Origin: a virus
Lineage: Duplodnaviria; Caudoviricetes
Strand: one strand, 5' to 3'
DNA length: 48,648 bases
Virus record (IMG/VR): IMGVR_UViG_3300006188_000011
Span: 1 to 48,648 of that record
The stretch's first letter is position 1. Each line of letters starts with the position of its first letter. The notes under the pieces are model-generated. The model had not been told where the DNA came from and searched no databases. It saw only the letters and a list, made by a program, of their open reading frames with translations. Positions 38,105 through 46,180 of the stretch are shown here, one piece after another. A program made the position numbers and the translations under genes.

Positions 38105-38586
38105 GCCTCAACCGCCACGAGATGATTGCCCGGCTCGGCGCCGATCCCGAAGTTCGCAGGGCATCGAGCGGCGACATGATCGTATCCATGCGCGTCGTCA
38201 CGTCCGACACATGGCGCGACAAGAATACTGGTGAGCGCAAGGAAAAAGCCGAGTGGCATACAGTTGTAATCTTCAACCAGAACCTTGCCAAGGTGGCCGA
38301 GCAGTACCTGAAAAAGGGCAACATCGTCTATATCGCCGGCAAGGTCCGTACCCGCAGGTGGGAAGATCAGCACGGCAACGCGCGCTATTCCACGGAGACG
38401 GTGCTGGAAAGCTTCGGCGGCGAGCTTGAACTCCTGCCGCAGGGCAATGGCGGCGGCGGTCGCGGCCCGTCCGGCCCCGACGATTACGGCGAGATGCGCA
38501 CCCGCGAGCTGTCCGGCCAGTCCGGCGACGTGCCCAAGCAAGGCGTCGGCTTTGCCCGCGACCTCGATGACGAGATTCCCTTTTAG
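38101..38586 (+). CDS. ssb: Single-stranded DNA-binding protein
   Basis: LGADPEVR, W.DK.TGERKE..EWH.VV and C-terminal DDEIPF. Confidence 0.95.
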   Translation: MSLNRHEMIARLGADPEVRRASSGDMIVSMRVVTSDTWRDKNTGERKEKAEWHTVVIFNQNLAKVAEQYLKKGNIVYIAGKVRTRRWEDQHGNARYSTETVLESFGGELELLPQGNGGGGRGPSGPDDYGEMRTRELSGQSGDVPKQGVGFARDLDDEIPF

Positions 38587-38607
38587 CCCCTGACCATCCT
38601 CCCAACC

Positions 38608-38976
38608 ATGGAGAAAACCATGCAGCGCATCCGCGACTCCAGCACCATTCTCGGCCTGCTCGAAAACGGCGAGCTTTCGCAACGGCTGACCGCCGAAATC
38701 ACCGAAACCCTGCTCGCCCTTGAGGAGCACACCGACAACCGCCCGAAGATCAAGGCCAAGGGATCGGTGACGCTCAAGCTCAATATCGAGGTGGTGGACG
38801 GCACTGTCACCATCGAAGCCGAGACTACGTCGAAGCGGCCCAAGCCGACCCGGCCTTCGTCATTCTTCTGGCTGTGCGACGACGGCTCGCTATCCACCCA
38901 GCACCCGCGGCAGATCGACATGTTCGGCGGCCCGCGTGACGCATCCCGCGACGTCACCGACGTCATCAACGGCTAA
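38608..38976 (+). CDS. Hypothetical protein (YfdP-like partner of DUF2303)
   Basis: KGSVTL.L and S.F....DG.L...HP.Q..M motifs; precedes the DUF2303 gene. Confidence 0.6.
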   Translation: MEKTMQRIRDSSTILGLLENGELSQRLTAEITETLLALEEHTDNRPKIKAKGSVTLKLNIEVVDGTVTIEAETTSKRPKPTRPSSFFWLCDDGSLSTQHPRQIDMFGGPRDASRDVTDVING

Positions 38977-39002
38977 CCCCTCCAGCCCTCACAGGAGTCA
39001 AT

Positions 39003-39950
39003 ATGTCCGACAATTCACCCGCCCCCGCCAGCCTGCCCGAAATCATCGATCTGCGCGCCATCGCCGATCTCGGCGCGAAGGCATCCGGCGCCGAACTGGT
39101 CACCATCAACGCGACCGGCGATATGACCGGCCTGCCGAAACAGGTTCCCGCCCTTCTGGTGCGCGGCGACGAGCCAAGGATCAATGACGTCTCCGCCCTG
39201 CTCGAAAAGTACCGCTTGTTTCCGGCACGCAAGAAGGGCACCGCGAATGTGCAGACGCTGGAGGCGCTCATCGACCTCACCAACCGGCACAAGACCGGGG
39301 ACAGCGCGATCTTCGTCAATCTCGATTGGAAAAAGCCGTCCATGACCACCGTGGTGGATTACCACCGCAAGGAAACGGGCGGCGATGCCGACAATCTCCA
39401 GCATCGCCTCCATTACGAATTTCCGCTTTCCGAGGAGTGGAGTATCTGGATCGAAAAGGACGGCAAGTTCCTCGAACAGGAGGAATTCGCCTATTTCCTT
39501 GAAGATCGCATTCCAGATCTGGCCTCGCCGAGCGACCAGGACGTGATCAATTGCCAGCGGGATTTTTCCTGCACTGTCGCCACGCCGGCGCAGCTTGTCG
39601 AGCTTTCGCGCAAGATGCAGGTCAATGTGCAATCCAGCGTCAAGGCCAATCACACCCTGCAATCGGGCGAGCGCCAGTTGCAGTGGGAAGAAAGCCACGT
39701 CGGCGCAGACGGCAAGCCGATCGTCATTCCCGGCATGTTCATCCTGTCGATCCCGCCCTTCTTCATGGGCGAGAAGGTGCGCATTCCGGTGCGCCTGCGC
39801 TATCGCGTCAATGCGGGCAAGGTCTATTGGGCCTACCAGATCTATCGCCCGGATCAGGTCATCACCGAGCATCTGACACACTCGGTTCATGACGTGATCG
39901 CCGCTACCGAACTTCCGTGGTTCGCCGGCGCGCCGGAGTCGCAGGCATGA
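39003..39950 (+). CDS. DUF2303 (YfdQ-like) protein
   Basis: V.DYH, S.EW..W, Q.EFA.FLED and P..F...IP.F.G......RLRYR motifs. Confidence 0.85.
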   Translation: MSDNSPAPASLPEIIDLRAIADLGAKASGAELVTINATGDMTGLPKQVPALLVRGDEPRINDVSALLEKYRLFPARKKGTANVQTLEALIDLTNRHKTGDSAIFVNLDWKKPSMTTVVDYHRKETGGDADNLQHRLHYEFPLSEEWSIWIEKDGKFLEQEEFAYFLEDRIPDLASPSDQDVINCQRDFSCTVATPAQLVELSRKMQVNVQSSVKANHTLQSGERQLQWEESHVGADGKPIVIPGMFILSIPPFFMGEKVRIPVRLRYRVNAGKVYWAYQIYRPDQVITEHLTHSVHDVIAATELPWFAGAPESQA

Positions 39951-41074
39951 CTACGGCCCGTTTCACCATTGCGCGGGGAGCATTGCTCCCCGCCCTGACC
40001 GCCGTTAATCGCGCGGTCGAAAAACGCAACACGATACCGATTCTCGGCAACGTGCTGCTGCGCGCCGAGGGCGGCACGCTCTTTGTTACCGGCACCAATC
40101 TGGATGTCGAGGTCAAGGCGCCCGCGAAGGAAATCGGCGTCCCGGATTTCGAGCCGTTCACCGTGCCTTCCGGCATGCTGCATGATGCGGTCGGCAAGAT
40201 GGCCGAGTCCGCTGAAATCGCCTTCGAGGGCGACGGCAATTTCGTCAACGTCAAGTCCGGGCGAACCCGCTTCCGGCTCCAGTTCCTGCCCGCGACGGAC
40301 TTCCCTGTCCTGCCGGCCGACAGTTTCACGCATTCCTTTTCTCTACCCGCCAAGGTGCTGGCGCATATCGTCGCCACGGTCAGCTTCGCCATTTCCACGG
40401 AGGAGACGCGCTATTATCTCAACGGCATCCACCTTCACCATGACGGCACGTATCTGGCCGCTGTGGCGACGGACGGCCACCGGCTGGCGCTCGTGACGCT
40501 CGATCCCCCGGCGGGCAGTAAGGATATGCCCGGCATCATCGTGCCGCGCAGCACGGTCAGCCTGATCAGCCATTTCGTCAAAGGTGATGGCGATATCGGC
40601 ATCGAGCTTTCCAGTCAGAAGATTCGCTTCACGCTTTCCGATGGCACCACCATCACGTCGAAGCTGATCGACGGCACCTTCCCGGATTACCGCCGCGTCA
40701 TCCCGTCCAGCAACGACAAGACCTATGTGCTGGACCGCGCCGCACTTGCGGCGGCGATCGACCGTGTGAGCACGGTTTCGACAGAGCGCGGCCGCGCGGT
40801 GCGCTTCACCTTCAGCGAGTCCGAGGTGAAGCTGGAGGTCAACAACCCCGACAGCGGGCAGGCCGAGGACGGGCTTTCCGTCGCCGAAGGCCACGCCGAT
40901 ACGATGGAGATCGGCCTCAACCACCGCTATTGCCTCGACGTGCTGGCCGCCTGCGGCGGCGAGAAGGTGCGCTTCGAACTGTCCGATCCCGGCGCACCCT
41001 GCCGTGTCGTTCCGGCCGATGCCGCCGGGAGCACCGAGCCGCCGATATTCGTCATCATGCCGATGCGGGTTTGA
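39947..41074 (+). CDS. dnaN: DNA polymerase III beta sliding clamp (phage-encoded)
   Basis: VEKRNTIPILGNVLL, FAISTEETRYYLNGI, VATDGHRLA, SKLIDGTFPDY.RVIP and VIMPMRV; 375 aa, full length. Confidence 0.95.
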   Translation: MTTARFTIARGALLPALTAVNRAVEKRNTIPILGNVLLRAEGGTLFVTGTNLDVEVKAPAKEIGVPDFEPFTVPSGMLHDAVGKMAESAEIAFEGDGNFVNVKSGRTRFRLQFLPATDFPVLPADSFTHSFSLPAKVLAHIVATVSFAISTEETRYYLNGIHLHHDGTYLAAVATDGHRLALVTLDPPAGSKDMPGIIVPRSTVSLISHFVKGDGDIGIELSSQKIRFTLSDGTTITSKLIDGTFPDYRRVIPSSNDKTYVLDRAALAAAIDRVSTVSTERGRAVRFTFSESEVKLEVNNPDSGQAEDGLSVAEGHADTMEIGLNHRYCLDVLAACGGEKVRFELSDPGAPCRVVPADAAGSTEPPIFVIMPMRV

Positions 41075-41089
41075 GGGGGAGGGCGCGCC

Positions 41090-41545
41090 ATGTCGATTTT
41101 CATGCCCGACCTTCCGCAACTCGCCCTGTCGGTTCGCCAGCCGTGGGTGCATTGCATCTATTATCTCGGCAAGCCTGTCGAGAACCGCGACTGGAATACG
41201 CAAATCCGGGGCACCGTCTGCATTCACGCCTCCAAGGGCATGACGCGTGCGGAATATTATGAATGCCGAATGCTGGTTTCCAACATCGCCGCCGAGGACG
41301 CGGATACGAGGGCAAAGGCGATCCAGCACCCGATTCCACCCCTCCAGCCCATTCAGCGTGGCGCCATCATCGGCACGGTCGATATCGTCGACGTGGTGCG
41401 CCGTTCCGACAGCCGGTGGTTCTTCGGGCGTTATGGCTTCGTGCTCGAAAATCCGAGGCTGCTTGAAAAGCCAATCCCATGCAAAGGCGCATTAGGGTTC
41501 TTCAACTGGCGCGCGAAACTGACTGCGGAGGCGTGCCATGGCTAA
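41090..41545 (+). CDS. ASCH-domain protein
   Basis: ALSVRQPW...I...GK.VENR.W....RG...IHA; GAIIG.V...D; P.KG.LG.F. Confidence 0.85.
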   Translation: MSIFMPDLPQLALSVRQPWVHCIYYLGKPVENRDWNTQIRGTVCIHASKGMTRAEYYECRMLVSNIAAEDADTRAKAIQHPIPPLQPIQRGAIIGTVDIVDVVRRSDSRWFFGRYGFVLENPRLLEKPIPCKGALGFFNWRAKLTAEACHG

Positions 41546-41756
41546 CGAAGTGTCGACGACGGTTCGCATTCAGGAAATCGAGAACGCCCTCGCCAGCGCA
41601 CTGGCGCGGGGCGACTTCGAGGTGGTCAATATTGATGGCGAGCGATTTTTGCAGCCGGTTCTTCAGGAAAGCGGAATCTACATAGGTGGGCAGAAATATC
41701 CCGTTCTGTCGCTCTATTCGGTGGCCCGCGATCTGGAAAGGTTGCTCCATGGCTGA
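41538..41756 (+). CDS. Hypothetical protein
   Basis: Coupled ORF with GGAGG ribosome-binding site. Confidence 0.55.
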   Translation: MANEVSTTVRIQEIENALASALARGDFEVVNIDGERFLQPVLQESGIYIGGQKYPVLSLYSVARDLERLLHG

Positions 41757-42762
41757 CAAAACCCACATCGAATGGACCGACGCCACATGGAATCCGATCA
41801 CGGGTTGCAGCGTCGTCTCGCCGGGCTGCACGAACTGCTATGCGATGAAACTAGCGGGTACGCGCCTTCGGGATCACCCCTCGCGCCGGGATCTGACGAC
41901 CCCGACGAAAACCGGTCCGGTCTGGAATGGCAAGGTCCGCTTGAACCGGCAATGGTTGCACCAGCCCCTCGAATGGAGAAAGCCGCGCAATATATTCGTT
42001 TGCGCTCATGCCGACCTCTTTCACGAGAATGTGCCGGATGAATGGATTCTGGACGTCTTCACGATCATGGCGATCGCCAGCCGTCACACATTTCAAATCC
42101 TGACCAAGCGCGCCGAGCGGATGTGGGATTTTCTGTCCCGTCCGGACCTACTCGACGACATTTATGCAAATTGGTACACCTTCGACGGCGGCGCACGCGA
42201 GGTCTGGTCATGGCCGCTTCCGAATGTCTGGCTCGGCGTGTCGGTCGAGGACCAGAAGCGCGCCAACGAGCGTATCCCCTTGTTGCTCGACACGCCCGCC
42301 GCGCGGCGCTGGATCAGTGCCGAGCCGCTGCTCGGTCGCGTTTACATCCCGGAATACATGCCGAACCCTCTGTGGAACGATCTTCCGTCATGGAAATCGC
42401 CGGAAATCGATTGGGTTGTCGTCGGCGGCGAGAGCGGGAAAGGCGCGCGGCCGATGCATCCGGATTGGGCACGCTCGCTCCGGGATCAGTGCGCGACTGC
42501 CGGTGTGCCATTCTTTTTCAAGCAGTGGGGCAACTGGCGGCAGGTCTATGACCGCGATGTGGAAGATCCCGACTGGCGCTACTGCGGCAATGTCTCCCGT
42601 CGCTATCCAAACGGCCGGTGGCTGAATCTTGACGGCGGCCATGGATTTCACGGCCAGCGCGTCATTTATGTCGAACCAACAACGAAAGGCGCAGCCGGTC
42701 GCCTGCTCGACGGAATCGAGCACAACGCTTTTCCGAAAGAGGTACATCATGTCGGGGCCTGA
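41749..42762 (+). CDS. Phage Gp37/Gp68 (DUF5131) protein
   Basis: IEWTD.TWNP.TGC..VSPGC.NCYA, DLFH, FQ.LTKR, S.EPLL, GGESG..ARPM and FFKQWG motifs. Confidence 0.92.
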   Translation: MADKTHIEWTDATWNPITGCSVVSPGCTNCYAMKLAGTRLRDHPSRRDLTTPTKTGPVWNGKVRLNRQWLHQPLEWRKPRNIFVCAHADLFHENVPDEWILDVFTIMAIASRHTFQILTKRAERMWDFLSRPDLLDDIYANWYTFDGGAREVWSWPLPNVWLGVSVEDQKRANERIPLLLDTPAARRWISAEPLLGRVYIPEYMPNPLWNDLPSWKSPEIDWVVVGGESGKGARPMHPDWARSLRDQCATAGVPFFFKQWGNWRQVYDRDVEDPDWRYCGNVSRRYPNGRWLNLDGGHGFHGQRVIYVEPTTKGAAGRLLDGIEHNAFPKEVHHVGA

Positions 42763-43171
42763 ATTCGCGCCGGGCGATCCCGTGTGCAAGACGAGAGGCT
42801 ACCGCTTCCCCGGCGTCGTCGCGTCCGCATTCCAGACGCTCGCCGGCGAATGGCGCTATGCCGTCGAGTGCACGGCCCCGGCCGTCGCGGGCATGCTGCA
42901 CATCTTTAACGGCGAGCAGATCGCCATCGATCCCGACGACTCGACGGCGCAATACGCCATGACGGTCCCGGTCATGACCGGTTCGCCGGATTATCGCGCC
43001 GGCGTGTTGGCGGCCGCCCGCTGGCACGACGCGCAGGTGCTGGAACTGCGCCGTAAATCAGGCCGCCAGAACCGCGGGCGGATCGCCATGCACAAGATCA
43101 GCGCCGCCGCCCTGCGCTCGCTCACGGGCGAAACAGAACCAAAACCTTTCCACTCCAACCAGAAGGACTGA
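42749..43171 (+). CDS. Hypothetical protein with N-terminal SH3-like domain resembling DfrB/R67
   Basis: F..GD.V.K..G..F.G.V...F.T......YAVE......G..HI pattern. Confidence 0.5.
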   Translation: MSGPEFAPGDPVCKTRGYRFPGVVASAFQTLAGEWRYAVECTAPAVAGMLHIFNGEQIAIDPDDSTAQYAMTVPVMTGSPDYRAGVLAAARWHDAQVLELRRKSGRQNRGRIAMHKISAAALRSLTGETEPKPFHSNQKD

Positions 43172-43177
43172 ATCATC

Positions 43178-44047
43178 ATGAAAACTCCTGCGACCCATAT
43201 ACAACGCCCGACCCCGGACGCGCCGATCCTGCTGGCAACCGACGCGGCAGCGATCGGAATCCGGGCCGGTACGGTCATCACGATCGAAGGCATCAGCCGG
43301 ACCTTTGAAACGGACACCCATATTCCCTTCAGCAATCCCACGGTCGGCCGCGATTACGGTATCGGCTTCGATTCGGACGGGAACCTTTGCGCAGAAATCG
43401 TTGACCAAAACCCGTTGAGCGGCAAATTCTTCGCGGGCTTCCATTTCGCGCCGGGTGGCAATGCTGTGGGGCGCGACGGTGGCGACAGCGAACCGGCGAT
43501 CAATCCCTACTCCATATGGGATATCGGTTTCCGCCCATCTTGCCCCGATCCGCGCGGCATGACGCGCGTCCAATGCACCGATGGTAAATCCATCTGGGTT
43601 GATATCTATTTCCTCGGCGTCAACCACGCCGAGCACGACACGAGCCGCTTTGGTGAGACAATCGCCAATGGCGATACGATGGGCCTGCTCGATTACCAGA
43701 CTACCGTCAAGATCATCGAAGGCCACGGCAAGCGCCTGCTGACCTATGACGAATTCCGCGCCGCCGCTTATGGCGTGACCGAGCGCTCCAGCGCTGACCG
43801 CAACCCCAAGAAAACAGGCCTCGATGCCGCCCGTACCAGCCGCTTCGGCATGATGCAGGCGACCGGCAATCTGTGGATTTGGGGGACGGATGGTGATCCG
43901 GACGATCCGCGCCCGTCCCTCTTCGGCGGCTCGTGGCTCCACGGTTCGAGTGCCGGGTCCCGGTACGCGTCTCTGGTCTACTGGCCGGGGAACTCTGGCG
44001 TGTTCATCGGCGCGCGCGGCGCGAGCGACCACCTGAATCCTGTCTGA
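43178..44047 (+). CDS. DGR target protein, Mtd-like C-type-lectin fold
   Basis: GFHFAPG.NA, IN.YS.WD..FRP...DPRGMT, W.DIY.LGVNH, GKRL..Y.EF, QA.G.LW.WG and LFGGSW...GSR...GARG..DHL; carries the VR at its 3' end. Confidence 0.9.
   Translation: MKTPATHIQRPTPDAPILLATDAAAIGIRAGTVITIEGISRTFETDTHIPFSNPTVGRDYGIGFDSDGNLCAEIVDQNPLSGKFFAGFHFAPGGNAVGRDGGDSEPAINPYSIWDIGFRPSCPDPRGMTRVQCTDGKSIWVDIYFLGVNHAEHDTSRFGETIANGDTMGLLDYQTTVKIIEGHGKRLLTYDEFRAAAYGVTERSSADRNPKKTGLDAARTSRFGMMQATGNLWIWGTDGDPDDPRPSLFGGSWLHGSSAGSRYASLVYWPGNSGVFIGARGASDHLNPV
43909..44035 (+). repeat. DGR variable repeat (VR) including GC tract and start of IMH
   Basis: 127-bp gapless match to 44477-44603 with 14 mismatches, all at TR adenines. 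Confidence 0.97.
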
Positions 44048-44067
44048 CACGCGCGGAAGCGCGTGTC
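44046..44067 (+). other. DGR target-recognition hairpin/cruciform
   Basis: GACACGCGC-GGAA-GCGCGTGTC: perfect 9-bp stem with a 4-nt loop, just after IMH. Confidence 0.9.
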
Positions 44068-44091
44068 CCCTGAAACGGACGATCGCCAGCC

Positions 44092-44469
44092 ATGACAAGA
44101 GATGAATTCGTAAATCCGCAGGATCTGGCGATCGTCGAGAAATTCGAGGCCGCCGTGACCTATCTGTATCCGATTATTCAGGCTTGCCCGCGTCGGCACG
44201 GCGTGCTGCGCGACAGGCTGATCGGACTCCTTTTCGATCAGGTTGGCCTTTTATATCAGGCCGCGAAGTCGAAACAGGCTTCAAGGCTTTATGCAGCCGA
44301 CGCCAATCTGGCAACGCTGCGATTCTGGTTGCGCTTTGCGGCCAATCCCAAGCTGAAAATCGTCTCCCACCGTCAGCATGCCGTGGCGCTGCGCCACGTC
44401 GCGGAAACGGGATCGATGCTCGGCCAATGGATCAAGTCTGCGAAGAGCAACGGGCGGTCGGGGTTATGA
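44092..44469 (+). CDS. avd: Accessory variability determinant
   Basis: 125 aa, basic, four-helix; YLYPI.Q..PR.HGV, A.KS.Q.S.LYAADA.LA.LRFWLRF and E.G..LG.WI motifs. Confidence 0.92.
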   Translation: MTRDEFVNPQDLAIVEKFEAAVTYLYPIIQACPRRHGVLRDRLIGLLFDQVGLLYQAAKSKQASRLYAADANLATLRFWLRFAANPKLKIVSHRQHAVALRHVAETGSMLGQWIKSAKSNGRSGL

Positions 44470-44476
44470 TGCTGTT

Positions 44477-44603
44477 GCGCCCGTCCATCTTCGGCGGCTC
44501 GTGGATCAACAGTTCGAATGCCGGGTCCCGGTACGCGAATCTGGACTACTGGCCGGAGAACTCTGACGAGAACATCGGCGCGCGCGGCGCGAGCGACAAC
44601 CTG
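44477..44603 (+). ncRNA. DGR template repeat (TR)
   Basis: A-rich (AAC/AAT) master copy of VR between avd and RT. Confidence 0.95.
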
Positions 44604-44789
44604 TTCACGACTCGGCGACGGTCACGGCCTCGCCGGTCATCTTCCGCGGACGGCGCAACGGTTTACGCAGCGCCGGTCAGGTGGTCGGCCCGACCGTCCG
44701 GCTTCGGCGAATACATTGCAAGGTCCGGTAAAGCGGGGAGTAGCGGCAGCGCCGTCGAAACCCGCGACCGGCAATCCGGGGCGGGGCAA

Positions 44790-45794
44790 ATGGGAAAGAA
44801 ATGCAGGAATCTTATCGACCAAATCACGGCGGACGCCAATATGCGTCAGGCCTTCCGTCGCACCGCGCAGGCGAAACGCCTGACAACGGGCTATCTGGAA
44901 TTCAACGAGTTTTCCATCCTCAACCTTGAGGATCTGGCGAGCGCCATGCGCGACGGGTCATATCGGCCCGGCGAGCCGCACGAATTCAGGATTTTCGACC
45001 CGAAGGAGCGCACGATATCGGCGCTGCCTTTTGAGGATCGCGTCGCCCAGCACGCGCTTTATGCCGTCATCGGGCCGATCTTCGAGGCGACGCTCTTGCC
45101 CCGCAGCTTCGCATGCCGCCCCGGCAAGGGGACGCACGCCGCAGCCATTGCAGCGCAGGCCGACATGCGGAAGCTGGTCCGGCACGGCGAGCCGCTCTAT
45201 GTCCTGAAAACCGATTTTTCCCGCTACTTCGCGAGCATCGAGCATACCGCGCTATGGCACCTGATCGAGGCGAAGATATCCTGCCGCGCCACCCTTCGCC
45301 TGATCGAGACGATGACGCCGCGCGCCGGCATTGGCCTGCCGATCGGCAGCCTGCTGTCGCAGATATGGGCGAATATCTACGGCGGCGTGGTGGACAGGCA
45401 TCTGCAACAGGACTTGGGCGAGCGGTATTGGTACCGCTACATGGACGATATCGTCATCCTCGGCCAGTCTTCCGAGCATCTGCGCAAGGTCCGGGCGTCG
45501 ATCGAGGAGCTTTCGCGCAAACGGCTGGGGCTTCGCTTTTCCAAGTGGAGCATCCAGCCTGTCAACCGCGGCGTCAACTTCGTCGGCTACCGCATCTGGC
45601 CGACGCACAAGCTTTTGCGCCGCGACAGCGTTATACGAGCCAAGCGCAAAATCGACGCCTACCGCGCCGCCGGCGAGCATGATCGGCTGGAGCGTTTCCT
45701 TGCCGCGTGGACCGGCCATGCACAGTGGGCCGACAGCCGCAACCTTCTGAATTCCCTTAAGATCAACGCGCAGCAGGAGCAGGTGCAGCGATGA
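44790..45794 (+). CDS. DGR reverse transcriptase
   Basis: PKER.I.ALPF.DRV.QHA, F.CR.GKGTH, LK.D.S.YF.SI, DGR-type GLPIG.L.SQ..AN, YRYMDD and F.GY motifs. Confidence 0.95.
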   Translation: MGKKCRNLIDQITADANMRQAFRRTAQAKRLTTGYLEFNEFSILNLEDLASAMRDGSYRPGEPHEFRIFDPKERTISALPFEDRVAQHALYAVIGPIFEATLLPRSFACRPGKGTHAAAIAAQADMRKLVRHGEPLYVLKTDFSRYFASIEHTALWHLIEAKISCRATLRLIETMTPRAGIGLPIGSLLSQIWANIYGGVVDRHLQQDLGERYWYRYMDDIVILGQSSEHLRKVRASIEELSRKRLGLRFSKWSIQPVNRGVNFVGYRIWPTHKLLRRDSVIRAKRKIDAYRAAGEHDRLERFLAAWTGHAQWADSRNLLNSLKINAQQEQVQR

Positions 45795-46180
45795 GCGTTT
45801 ACGTTGACGATATGGCCGCGCCCTTCGGAAACATGGTCATGTGCCACATGTGGGCCGACAGCGACGACGAACTGTTCGCCATGGCCGACAGGATCGGTGT
45901 GCAGCGCAAATGGATTCAGGGCCATCCTGTCCTGTCATTCGGCAAGCATCGGAACGCATCGTGGGTGCATTTCGACATCGCTAGATCGAAACGCGCACTC
46001 GCCATCAAATTTGGTGCGATTGAGACCGACCGGTACGGACCGTTGGAGCATACAGCGAAACTCTTCATCGCATCCCGCGACCCTAAGCTGGTCGCAATCG
46101 GGGAAAAGCGCCTTGACGCCGTTCGAGAATGCCGGGCGATGCGCATCGCCCGCCCGAAAGATGGAGGCCAGAATGGCTGA
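45791..46180 (+). CDS. DUF4031-like protein
   Basis: VYVDD........MCHM.AD...EL.AMA..IG..R.W.Q...HFDI....R..A...GA. Confidence 0.8.
   Translation: MSVYVDDMAAPFGNMVMCHMWADSDDELFAMADRIGVQRKWIQGHPVLSFGKHRNASWVHFDIARSKRALAIKFGAIETDRYGPLEHTAKLFIASRDPKLVAIGEKRLDAVRECRAMRIARPKDGGQNG

Noticed and set aside
44790-45794. RT as group II intron, retron or Abi RT
   Set aside because: It is short, has no maturase or endonuclease domain, carries the DGR-type SQ motif, and is accompanied by avd and an adenine-specific TR/VR pair.
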